Made by a program: the position numbers and the translations under genes. Positions 39,088 through 51,532 of a stretch of 64,000 nt of DNA are shown here, piece after piece; position 1 is the stretch's first letter, and each line of letters opens with the position of its first letter. Below the pieces are notes generated by a model. The model worked only from the letters and a program-made list of their open reading frames with translations, did no database searches and was not told the DNA's origin. The stretch lies in assembly GCA_001642005.1 (NCBI GenBank), contig LWCA01000062.1, positions 1 through 64,000 on the forward strand, given 5' to 3'. This DNA comes from Intoshia linei. Taxonomy: Eukaryota; Animalia; Orthonectida.

Positions 39088-42000
39088 ATGGATAGAAACG
39101 TTTTTGTAATATCAAAGGCATGGTCTGTACAGACAACCAAAGGAGTAATGGCTAATTCCTCAACTAGGGATATGTAATCGAGAAATGTTTAATTCTATAT
39201 CAATCGTATTTTAGGTTTCAAGACAAACTGCAAATGACACATTTGCCGGATATGTTATTCGATTGCAACTCTTTAACTTTAAAACACGTTTCTGGATGTA
39301 CACTATCTTTTAATGTTATGGATGCTCTAAGTTTAGTTCCTGATACGATAGAACATAAAGTAGCTGTTGCTAATAAATGGAAAACGTATTTCAATAATAA
39401 CAATATTTTATATTAGTATAGACTTGAAGAAATTAAAAATGTTTCATTATCTAATACAGTAAATTATGATTGGACATTTTCTTCTAAATTTAATGGAACT
39501 TTACTGAATGGCGAAATTCATCAATTTGAGGTTTTTTTAAAATGGAATATACGACAGGGGTGTCAAAAATGTACACTAAAATAGAATTCAATATTCGCCT
39601 TAAATTAAGGTTTAATTAGTAGCGCGAAATACTTTGAAACTTTTGTACTCCTGCAGGGTGGCGCTGAAAAACAAGTTTTGCAACGACTGCTATAATTTAT
39701 AATTGTAGAAATCTACATTGTAAATTTTCTTGTTTTTAGATATCGAAACACCCTGAAGAGTTAAATATGAAATTACTGAGTAGTAAAGACAATATACTTT
39801 TTTACGATGAATTAACACTCTACGAAGACGAATTGGCTGATAATGGTGTGTCGAAAATGGATGTTAGAATAGTGATATTATTAATATTTTAAAATTAATG
39901 TATTTAATAGAGGGTAATGCCAACATTTGCCTTCATTTTGTTAAGACACTACTTAAGAGTCGATGGTGTGGTTGCTGCTATTGCCGATAATCGCTTTATA
40001 ATACAGGTTTATATAATGAAATTCACGTTACTAACATATTCAATTTTAATATTATATTTCATAATTGAACTTAATTATAATTAATCTAATTTAATTGTAC
40101 TAACAAAATCATAATTATAAAAAATATTGTGATGTATCAATATTTTATAATTGCATAATGAAACAAGCAATGGTGGATATCACGAAATATTTAAAATTTT
40201 TATTATTGGAAATGTGTATGGATTGTAATTCTCTAATTCTATCTGATTCTAATGGTCTGAACACGAACTTTGGAGTTGGTACTACGTGATAATATTAAAA
40301 AAAATTTATTTCTAAGTTTTTAAATGTTTTTACTTCTGCTGGGATGCCAGTGGCTTAAAGTAACTAAAAAAGTTATTATACTAGGGAATATTAACCACTG
40401 CGTTAGGGTAATTTACAACATCCAGGTCAAACTGTATAGTGTTTAATGAAAAAAGTTAAAATGAAAAATAATATGCTCGTTTTATTCTGTATGAATTTTT
40501 TTCACCCGATTTTTATAAAAAGTGTTGAAAACACATGTTTTTCTTAAGATTCTTATTAATTGAATACAGTGGTTCCTTATTAGGTTTCAATTTTTTTATA
40601 TGCGTAGTAGGATAACTGTTATGTACTTTGTACAAACAGGACTTAGCTCTGCAGAGGGCTCACTTTTTTAATTATATCAAAAAATAAATTAAAAATTATT
40701 TTTTATATGTTATGCGTTAATTTCTGGGGTTGAAATTTGTATCCATATCAACTGGAATAAGCTGTATCAGATTAATCTTTTTTTAATATTAAGACTATTC
40801 ATAATTTGAAATTTTTTGTGTTTTTATAAAATAGTTTCGAAATAAAAAAAATTAATACTAAAGTGCATTTTTGACCATGAAGGCGTCACTGTGTTAAGTT
40901 GAAATTTTGAGTGTGTTTATTTTATGTATATATTTTTTTTAAATTTTAGGACTATTTTAATTTTTTTAAAAAGCGGTAATCTGGTGTTTTGATTGTGAAA
41001 ATTAACTTTTATGGTTTTGCAATTTGATAATATTTATGATTTTAAAACCTATCTTACAATTTATCCTAACTTATATAAAGGCTACGCGATTTTGATTTGT
41101 GTGTGTGTTCCACTTTATTGAAATAACTACCACTCTTAGAATTTTTTAAAGACGACATTTCAATTACAGTTTTTTCCGCGATGCATAATAAGATAAATTT
41201 CGACCCCCCAAATTTCACATCTTACGGGTTAAAAATCCCTGTTTGAAAATCAAACGAGTTGGAGAATTAAAAAATATATACGCTGATGCGGATTTTAAAA
41301 TCATAAACATTATGATAAGTTTAACAAAATTATATCTTCAGGGCTAAAACCCCAAATTCTCCTTCTTTTTTTAATGAAAACAGCCCTAGAATTTCAAAAA
41401 ATTTACAGGTGGTACAGTTGTATCCTGTTAACACACATAAAAAATTTCAATCCAAATAAGTGACGACTTCACAGTCAAAAAAGCATTTTAGTATTAATAT
41501 ATTTTTTTGTCCGAAATATTTTATTAAAACAAAAAATATGAAATAATTAATGGTCTGAAATTTAAAAAAAATTAATCTGATAGACCTTATTCCAGTTGAT
41601 ATAAATACAAAATTTTAACCTCAGCGATTTACAGATTTTCGGTGAAAAATAATTTTGAATGCAATTGTTAATAAACCAAAATTAAGACGGAATAATTCAC
41701 TTTAAAGTAAAAAGTAATGTAATATGATGGTTCTACCTGAAACAAATTTGGGAACCACTCCTTTATTTATTGTAAATGGGTTCACAACTAAAACGTTAAT
41801 CAACCCTTCCAAATGTATATAATTGTGATATAATTTTAGAAAAACGACGATTACATTCTTAGAGAATATTCCTATAGAAAGTTAGATTTTGCGTCAATAT
41901 CGGTAATTTTACTAAATTTGTTGAGCAACGATAATTTTGGTGATTTAATGAGCTTACTTTTATTTACTCTGACTCAAATATACACCAACTCTAGGCTGAC

Positions 42001-42389
42001 AATTTGAATTGTTACAAATGGTCAATAATAATCCATTAAATTAAATTATAAATCTGACGTATATACCAGGGTTCCCACACTTTTTTCATGCCTTTGGACC
42101 TGCTTCATATTACAAAATTTATAGCGGAACATTAAAAAAATTTTGATAAAAAACAATAAATTGACTTTTAATTAGAAATTTTTTTCAATACTGTTGCGGA
42201 CCGGCATTTGGGAAACGCTGGTCTAATTATATTCTAATAATACTATTATAATGCGCATTTTCAGAAACCCTTAATATATTCATTTAGCTTCCCATTTCAA
42301 CTATAAAAAATGCAACCATTCTATACCAAAAACTTGAACCAACGAATGTCAATATTGAAAAATTAAAAATTAAAGAAAATATAAATTAA
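39088..42389 (+). CDS. TIPRL: TIP41-like protein (PP2A regulator)
   Basis: HLPDMLFDCNSL, YDWTF, ILFYDELTLYEDELADNGVSKMDVRI|RVMP..LLRHYLRVDGV, YILREY; last exon LPIS..IEKL. Confidence 0.92.
40605..41760. mobile_element. Two divergently oriented Helitron pieces in a TIPRL intron
   Basis: Minus-strand 3' end (hairpin) at about 40605-40660 and plus-strand 5' end TCCTAACTTATATAAAGGCTACGC at 41064. Confidence 0.7.
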
Positions 42390-42450
42390 AATGTGTATTA
42401 AATATTGAACTAAATTTAAATACGAGGCATGAAAAATATATTTAATTACA

Positions 42451-43794
42451 TTAATGGTGACGATGTCGTCGTTTGGATTTGGAATGTGTATGTTTAATAT
42501 TTTCGCTATGTCGTTTTGAATGATGAGTTTTTGATTTGCTAGATTTTTTATCTTTATTTGCACGGTGTCGTTTGGAGTCTTTAGAATATCTAGATGATTT
42601 ACGTTTTATTTTTTCATGATTAGTTGAATTGTTTTGAAGATTTTCTGGACTATCTTTTAATTTGCTAAGTTCTGTGGTAGCTGTCTCATCTGTCGGTTCT
42701 GGTATTTTAGGTGAACTAATGTTTTCTGCTGAAGAATCTGAATCGGTGTAATCTGCACCTATAAAGATATACAAATGTAAAATAGTAAACATACATAAAA
42801 TTTTGGATTTTGAAAGCTTTTTTACTAAAATAATGTTAATTACTCATTAAAAAATTTGTACATTTTCTTTCGCTAATACACTGCGTGGCAAGAATTTTTA
42901 ATTCGTCCTCCGTAACGTCAATTAATATTTTTGTTAGAGCCCCAATCTAATTATACACTACATGATATATTGAGAAAGTTTTACTTTAAATTGTTCCACC
43001 TGTGAATCAGTTAAATTTACGCTGCAATCCAAAACGTTGGACTGCTCCTTTAAAAATATATATGTAAAAATCAATATACAACCTCATCAGAAATTGATAC
43101 TACACTTTCATCGCTCACATCCGACACCTTTTCAATGTTTTCAGAATTGTTTAATTCCTCATCGGTTATACTTGTTTCCATTTTTTTACGTTCCATTACT
43201 GCCAGTCCGTCCCTAATCCAAGCTGGTAACTTTTTAACTTTATTTATTGATTTTTCGACAAGTAATTCTTTAAAATTATATATAAACAAATCACTAAACC
43301 AAAAATTTTCTTCCCATATGTTGATATATAAACACTGAAAGTGAAGAATTACCTTCTGTAATCGAACCAATATTCTGACTATTGTTAACACAAACCTGTT
43401 GATTCTCATAATGACTTACACCTATTGGCATTCCATAAACAGCAGGGTCCTGGTATGCATTTACGGGTTTCTGATACATGTAAGGATAAAGCGGAGGTTG
43501 TATGAAGGGTTGATTGGCAGCTGCATTGGATGAGTGATTATTTCGATAATTAGGCGTTAACTGGAATTCTGCCGGGTAATTTTGAAATACTGATAGATCT
43601 CTTAGCTCCGGTCTCGTGTAAATGTTTGGCGTGTTGGGTAAGTAGTTGGACATGGGTACGTTTTGTTGTATGACACTAGGTCGATTTTGACTGTGGTTAT
43701 ATTGGTACACGTTTAAATTTGACTCTTGTTGCGAATTGCTAATCTCTTTGTAATTGTAAACATCCGAATTTACGTTTCGATTTTCAGGATGCAT
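42451..43794 (-). CDS. PNISR: PNN-interacting serine/arginine-rich protein
   Basis: KKLPAWIRDGLAVMERKK, ILIDVTEDEL, GADYTDSDS and a basic Ser/Arg/Lys/His tail; P/Q/Y-rich N-terminus; start approximate. Confidence 0.8.
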
Positions 43795-43912
43795 GAATTG
43801 AAATTCCAATAAAATTAGTTGTTTTGCTATGGCAATGCTAAGACATTAAAAATATTTATTTTTATTTTGTTGTCATACATATTGTTCATTATCGCGTCTG
43901 TTTTAATTTAAA

Positions 43913-46900
43913 ATGTCTAAAGATTTTTTCATGAGATATTATGTCGGGCATCGAGGAAAATTCGGTCATGAATTTTTGGAGTTTGAAATCAAAGGCGATG
44001 GTATTTTTTTATAAGCATGTACTATTTTTAGGAAAAATCAAGTATGCTAATAACTCAAACTACAAAAAAGAAACTCTCATTAAAAAAGAGGTTTTAATTT
44101 TAATATTATTTACTATCGCACGAAATTTTTCAATAATATAAGAAAACCAGTGCAAATATGCAAAGTAAATGATGACCTGATGACATTTTTCTTGTATTGA
44201 AATTTATGAATAGGTTAATTTGGCAAATCTCACAAAATTTTCATTAACACGTTCTAAAAATGAACTATGTGGTGTGGACTAGGGTGTGCAATCGATGAAA
44301 TTTATTTAAATTATAAATTAGCAACCCTACTTGTGACCCATGACTGAAAAAAGCGTTGACCTGATTTATCATATAAACATTTTATTAGGCTTATATAAGT
44401 CAATCAACTATTGATGAAATTATTCGAATTATCAAAGAATCACAAATAGTTGAAGAGAATGATGAAGTTTGGCCAGAAGGAAATAGAATCGGAACCCAAG
44501 TATATTTTAATTTACTTACCATTTTAAAGTGATTTATATTCACATTTAGGAATTAGAAATTAAACTAGGAAACGATCACATTTCATTTAGTACCTGTAAA
44601 ATAGGTATTTTTGCTATTTTCAGTAATTTAATTTTTTTAGCCAAAATATCTGATACCGACAAGTGCAAGTAATTTTTCTTTTAAAGTATTATTATATTCT
44701 ATACCAGAAGGGAGGATTTACTGTCTGAAGGCCGCACTAGCGTACCAAAAAAATTTAAATTTAATACAGCCGTACTTCTCATGGGGTGACTAATTTTATT
44801 GGGTGGTGAATATAAAAATTTTACCAATCTTTAAGGAAAAAATCCCTCTATGTGATCCCAAAAGAAAAAACATTTTACCAACCTTTAATAAAAAAATCGC
44901 TTTTGCTAATATTTTTCTGAAAGATCTCATTTTACCAAAAATTAATTTTTTAAAAATAATATAATAAATTTAAATGAAGAATAATTCAAATTGTTCAGAA
45001 GTCCGCATGCGGCCTTAATGTCACACTTTCCCCACTTCTGTTCTAGTCTATTTCATCTTTATGTCTATTATATATCAGTATGTTACAATATAAGAAGTGG
45101 TTTTTAAACATAAAACACTACGGACCGCTATTTTTCTTAAACCCTCATAACTTAATGGACTAAAGTTTTTATATATAATTAAAAAATTATCAATACTAAT
45201 TCAATGTAATTTAATGGTCAATTCATGAAAATAAACTGAATTTTTCATAACTGAATCAGGGTCGTGAAAATCCAGCAGTAGAATTGGGACAGATGAAAAT
45301 TGTAGGACCCATATAAATTTTTTTTAATGAAACATCTTTAGATTATTTAATCAATTGTTTATTGTCTAAAAATTAAAAATAGCATTGTTCATTATAAAAT
45401 TTTCCCACATTACATATTAGCAAATTAAAATTGTGGCTCCTAGTTCTCTTCTCCACGGTCTGAGCTGAATATACTATTCTCAAGACCACCACAAAGTAAA
45501 AAATAGGCGGCTAAAAACTATTGCTAATGAAAAAGTGATACGTAGTATAATAATAACCGAGCTACTTTTCCACGGCTTTGACTTACACTTTAAATTTGAT
45601 ACACAAAACTGTTATAGTTAAAACTATAATTTGGAAAACGATGCCGCGATTTTACAAAAATTTTATCAAGGTACCGAAAGGGGCTTTGAGACGATAGTTT
45701 GGTTGTGCTATCTAAATTTTTAATGTTGATTTTAATTCAATTTAACATTTGGTAAATTCAAAAAATTTGCTTGATAAAATGTGTTTTTGACCGGGAAGAT
45801 ACAAATTTTTGAGGTTAAACTTTTTTTTCTGTATCATGAAAGAAAACAAGAAAAATGCTTTAAATTTTAATATTTATAATATTAAAATGGTTATTTTGAG
45901 TTTTTCATTGTGACAATGCAAAAATTTGTATACTCCCTCGCAGGAATTTTGCAATTATTAGAAACTAGTCTCAGTGATACTCTAAGGGTCTGAATTTTTG
46001 ATGTATTAATCAGAGAAGAAAGATCTATTGTAGGCTAAAAAAAAATAAAAAAATGGACCGAATTAATTTGTAGAAATTTACCTTTTTCATTTATATGTAG
46101 ATATGAATGTCTTAACAATTTTGCAAAACAATAAATATAACTATTTATTGATCATACAATATAATTATGCATATATCAAATTTCCATTATTCATTATAAC
46201 CTCGTACATTTTTGCATTAAATTATTTATGTAGCCTCATAATTATGTCTTTTTTTTTAAAAATTATTTCTGGACAATATGAGATATTTTCTGCTATACAT
46301 GCATTTTCGAATTGAAGTTTGAACCATCATCTGATTTTCCATAATTGACCATAGATTTTCTACTTGGGGTATATCAGGAGAATAAGGAAACCAACCTAAT
46401 AATTTTATTGATTTAGCAGGAAACCTTTCCCTTGTTTTTTGATCACATGAAGTCTAGCATTATTTTGTTGATAGACAAAGCCAGGAACTATGTTACTTAG
46501 TTGAGTAAATACATCTTCAAATAAAATTTTTTTATAAGAATCGCTATTAACAGTATGGTTCAATTTCCTAATCATAACTTTCCTTGAAGATGTTAAACAA
46601 CCCCAAATCATTACGGATCCACCTCAAATTGATCTTTTCGTAATTTTGATGGTTTGCACGACATGAGATAATCACAATCATCTAAGGAAAATATAAATTC
46701 ATCCGAAAATACGATTTTATCGATATCAACCCTATTAAAAAAGGTTGCGTACAAAATTTAGGCGGCCATTCTTGTATACATCAGTCAATGTCAGTTTTTG
46801 CAATGAACGTCGATACTTCAAACCGCTATTATTAAGGGCCCGTAAAATAGTTACTCTTGAAGGACCACATCGCAGCACGGGCAGCAACGGATGTGGATGT

Positions 46901-48581
46901 AACAACCCTTCTAGATTTTTGTACCCCATCAGCAAACTTTTTAATTGCTTTTTAAATTATTTCTTGTTTTAAAGTTGTAATTCGCTTCGATTTAATTGAT
47001 TTTTATTCATTTGAAATGTTATAACTTGTTCTAAGGGAAACATTGCAGGTTTTTGGGATATTTACCTTTTCGATTTTATCCTTCAAATCTTTTTTTATTA
47101 ATTTTGTAACAAAATAATTAAAAACTTCAATTTCTACGACTTGTTTCAGATTTTTTTACCAATGAAAGATCTTGCCAAATCGTTTAATATATAAAAAATT
47201 GAAAAACATAGCATGTAGTTTAGATTGGTTTATATCAGTGATGGCAAAGTACGTGTTTGCGTGTAAAAAATACACACTTGAAAAAATATATAAGTTGACT
47301 TCAAATAAAAAATTCAAAGATTTATAGCCAATTTTTCAAATTGCGTGGGTCATCCTCTAGTTGGATTTCATTGCATTATACACCAAGAAGTACTAAGCTT
47401 TAAAACAGCTCTGAGTCACTTAAATATGGTTGTTATCACTGCAACCAAAATCATTAATTACATCCAAGCACGCGCCTTACACAAAAGAGAATTCACTTTG
47501 ATTTTAAAGGAAATAGAATCAAGTTGTAATGAACTGCTTATGTACAGCAATATCAAATGTTCAGTAAAGGTAAAGTTCTTGAGCGCTTTGTGGAATGCTT
47601 ATCAGAAATTAAAACATCTTTAAGATATAAAGATAATTTTTAATTAGATTATAACGATTGGATTGTTAGTGTTATGTTTTTTACTGACCTTTTATTGCAT
47701 TTAAATGAACTTAACCTTAAATTTCAAGGGTACGGGAAGACTTGTAATGTTTAGTATTATTATGGCATTTGACTGTAAACTATCAATATTCTATCGTGAT
47801 ATAGAAAATAAAGATTACAAATGTTTCCCTAAATTGAAAAAATTCATGATAGAATCAAATTTTTAAATATAAATAAATGTAAAAATTATTTTTTTAACTT
47901 ATTTTTAATCAAGTTGTTCGACTTAATTGATGGTTTGGATTGACCTAATATTTTTTAAATAAAAACAGAAAAAAATTTCTGAAAATAGTATTAAATTTAA
48001 CACACCTAGTTTTAGTTACTGCCATCACTGGTTTATATCAATTTTAAAATTGCTGCGAGGGAGTATACTATTAAGTAGCCGATAATAGATTAAAGATTGG
48101 AACCACTAGACTCAGAGTCTAACCTATCGTACTAGAGACCCCTCTTAGGTGGGGTCGACAACATTTTTCCAAATTGACCATTAAAAAAATTTATATTCGT
48201 TAATATCAACTATACATGTATTTTGTGTTAACTTTAAAATGTCTAACCAACAACATTAGTGAGGTGGTTAGGGCTTATATTTGGTCGTCATCGTTTGTGA
48301 AATTTTTTTTAAGTGCCTATTATTCATTAGCAGGTGTCTTCGAACTGGGTCGACTCTGGCTAAACTAACTGTATAAGTGTCATTGTTCCATGATTTATTA
48401 ATGGAATAAGTATTGTGAAATTTGTTAGTTTTAGATAAAATTCGTAAATATAATTAATATTGAGGCATTTATTCAATTTAGAGATAAAGAAGGTCTAACA
48501 GTTTTCCACTATTTTGTTCAAGACATGAAGGCAATGGTTTTCTCTATAATAGGACTACATTTCAAGATAAACCCTATATAG
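43913..48581 (+). CDS. mago: Mago nashi (exon junction complex core subunit)
   Basis: [62 protein letters not shown]; 6 exons including a 28-nt exon (44641-44668) and a TE-filled last intron of about 3.8 kb. Confidence 0.95.
45933..48063 (-). mobile_element. Decayed Tc1/mariner-superfamily transposon in the mago intron
   Basis: TA|CTCCCTCGCAG ... CTGCGAGGGAG|TA; transposase relics [33 protein letters not shown] with stops and frameshifts. Confidence 0.8.
47236..48030 (+). mobile_element. Internally deleted hAT (Buster/Charlie-type) element nested in the Tc1 relic
   Basis: TIR CAGTGATGGCA / TGCCATCACTG; perfect TSD GTTTATAT; transposase relic [24 protein letters not shown]. Confidence 0.9.
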
Positions 48582-48646
48582 GAATATGTTTAAATATATT
48601 AAATTTTAATACAAAATTTTAAATTTTTTTGGAGATTATCGTTGAT

Positions 48647-51203
48647 TTATTTCATTGTTCTCCATTTTGACTCGGATTCATATTTTGAACATCCAACGTT
48701 AGAACTTGAGATATAGGTGTTTGGTGCAGATGTGACAGATAGTTTGATTTTTTTTGGTATGCTGTTAGATTGCAAGACTGATCGATCTGAGCATATTCTT
48801 GATTTTTGTTGCCATACATCTGAGGTTGGTTTATAGGTTTGTAAATTTCTCTGTAAGATAATGATTGCGTTGTCGGATAATTTGACATCAGTCCTGTCGT
48901 CTCCATTGGATTCCTGGAAATCTTCTCGTACATTTGAGTGTTCGGGTGTTGTTCCAATAACCAATTTATCGATTCCACCGTTGTGCATGGGCTCTGCGGT
49001 ATTATCGAGTTCTCCATCTCTAGGTATGGAATGGCATATTCCTCGCTGATCATTGTTTTGTTCAGATTGTTGCGATTTTGCAACAAGTAATTTAGCCGTT
49101 GTGTCAAGTTTCTGTCTAAAAATGGAAATAAAAAGGCAAATAATTATTTAGGCAAAGCAATAATAAATTTTTTTTTACTACTCTAAAAAACACACAACTT
49201 GTACACAACTTGTACCTTTGACATTTTTTTCAAGTGTTTTGATAAGGTGTATAGTGGAATCAATAATATTGAGTTTGGTGTTGGGTTTGTTGACAATATC
49301 TTCAGATTTTTCAATCATCTCTTTGAGCGTCTGAAATGATTCATTCATATCTCGCACTCGCACACTAAAAAATTATTTTTGAACAAGGACAACCCAGTCG
49401 GTAACATTAGCTATAACGCACACCTCAAATGGAACCAGTGTCACCCTATCAAAAACAATGAGTTTAAACCCTATTTTAGCAAAGCAACTATTACAATTTT
49501 TATTGAAAGAAACCTAAGTTGACGGTTTTTATTTTGCAAGTTTACAATTACAGTAGCGGAACTCTGCAGTATCATGAGCTTTGTCATGTTCTGGCAATTG
49601 CCGCGAAAAGGGCAGATTATTTTTCCAAGTGTGTTATAGGCTTCGTTAATATCACGGACACGTAAACTATAATGTATATAATGTTCAGACGGGGCTGACT
49701 TACCGTTCTCTCTGGTTGTTAAGTTGTCTTCGTATAATTTCCTTCTTTGTCTTATTCTCTGGGGCGTTTAACTCAGTGTCTCTACAAATAATTACATTAA
49801 GACGTGTACATTAAATTACTTTTCTGTAGTATTTACATTGACAGGGTTAAATGGAATGAGTTTATTGTATTGGGCGTCAAAGGAATTATGAGCAAAATTG
49901 TCGTTTCCTGGAAATTTTTCTCTTCTGACGTAATGAGATTTTACTTCAAAGTTTTTGTATTCGTTTAGTTTTTCTTGATTTTCAATCACAATTTGAGAAT
50001 TATTAAATTGATTTATACTGTGTATATTTTGTTGTTCTGTCAGTAAACGTAACTGTTCAGAATTATGGATAATATTTTGAGCTCCTTTATTCAAAAAATC
50101 GCCATATACACTGGATTTTTGAGTATCGTCGTTCATAGGTTTTGATTCTTCAATCTAATTTCATTTGTTAGTTTTATTAAGTATTTGTTACGTTTTTTAA
50201 AGAGTTGCTTATCAAGTTTTCGCAGTTGGTTAATATTTTTTCGTTCCAATCTAAAAATTATTTTCAAAACAAACACAATCAACCTTCTATTTGATTGATG
50301 TCTTCATACATATCGGAGTCGATTTGTTTGTTTGGGTGTCCAGTATTATCATTATTAATCTACGTTTATATTTACATAACACTTTATTGTTTATTAAAGT
50401 AAGCTTAATTTAAAATTTCAAAGTAATCATTACAGTCTGCAATGCTTCGATTAAATTGCCCATGTATACCATACCCATTAAAACATGTTAACTGGCAGTC
50501 ATTGAATTAAAATCAAAAGCCCAGAAAACTACCAGCCTGAAGGTGACACAAAAAGACTGAGATTAGCCACTTATGTAATTCAATGGCTAAAAATGAATTA
50601 AAAGTTTTTTCATCTTAATAAAAATGAGAGCAATCTGGTATTGCCTATCAGTCAATTCTGACAAGGGTGCAATATAAAAACAAAAAATACACTGTCATTG
50701 GATATCTGATTATAGTCATTCGAAAATTCGGAATTTTGAATATCATAAAGGGATACAGAATTGTCAGTGTTTTTGCTGGCTAAAAGATAATTAGACTATA
50801 TTTGGAAGGAATACTTTGTGAAATGAGTTTATCGTTAGCCACAGCATATGTTCCCACAGAAAAATTCTGAGACTCGTTTGATGTGTAAACATTATAATTA
50901 ACAGCATCACATTTTATATCATAGTCACAATTGTAAAATGTCATATTTTTCTTTTTAATAGAATCATTAACGTCTGAAGTGGACTAAAAATTAAATTATA
51001 TACTATCATCTTACATCATCTCGTAAGTTTTCATTAGAATCTAAAAAATGAACATTTACTTTACTTTTTGGAGATGAAATGTCATATTCAGACTCTGCAC
51101 GAGAATCCTGAAATAATAAAAAATTAAACAAAAAAATTAATACTATTACACTAGATGACCACTCGTTTTCTCTTTTTGAAGTAAATTTTGTTTCAGAATC
51201 CAT
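48647..51203 (-). CDS. Class I bHLH E-protein (daughterless/TCF3-4-12 family) with duplicated HLH exons and a dual-frame last exon
   Basis: Basic exon 49704-49781 (RRQLNNQRER); HLH exon A 49514-49666 (LRVRDINEAY..TKLMILQ); HLH exon B 49216-49364 (VRVRDMNESF..KPNTKLNII..LEKNVK); terminal exon from 49115 (DRNL). The 5' exons (from ATG 51203) are less certain. Confidence 0.88.
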
Positions 51204-51532
51204 AATTAAAATTTAGAAAACATAAGTATTGTAAAAAATTTAAATTAAATGTACGTAGAAAAATAAACTCTATTTGTAAACAAATTCATAATTAGTGTAA
51301 ACTAGGATATACTTCAAATTCTGTGTTGCATTTAATGTTTGTTTAGAATTACACGATTCAGACAAGGTTAATAATAGGTTCAATCAAATTATAAAACATA
51401 ACCAAACAAAACATGAATACATTGCTTTTGTTTGATTTTACCGCTGAATGAAATACTACGTGATGATTTTAAATTAAAATGTAAAATATTCATTTATTCA
51501 ACCAAAAAATAACAACTGACACATGACTTGTT

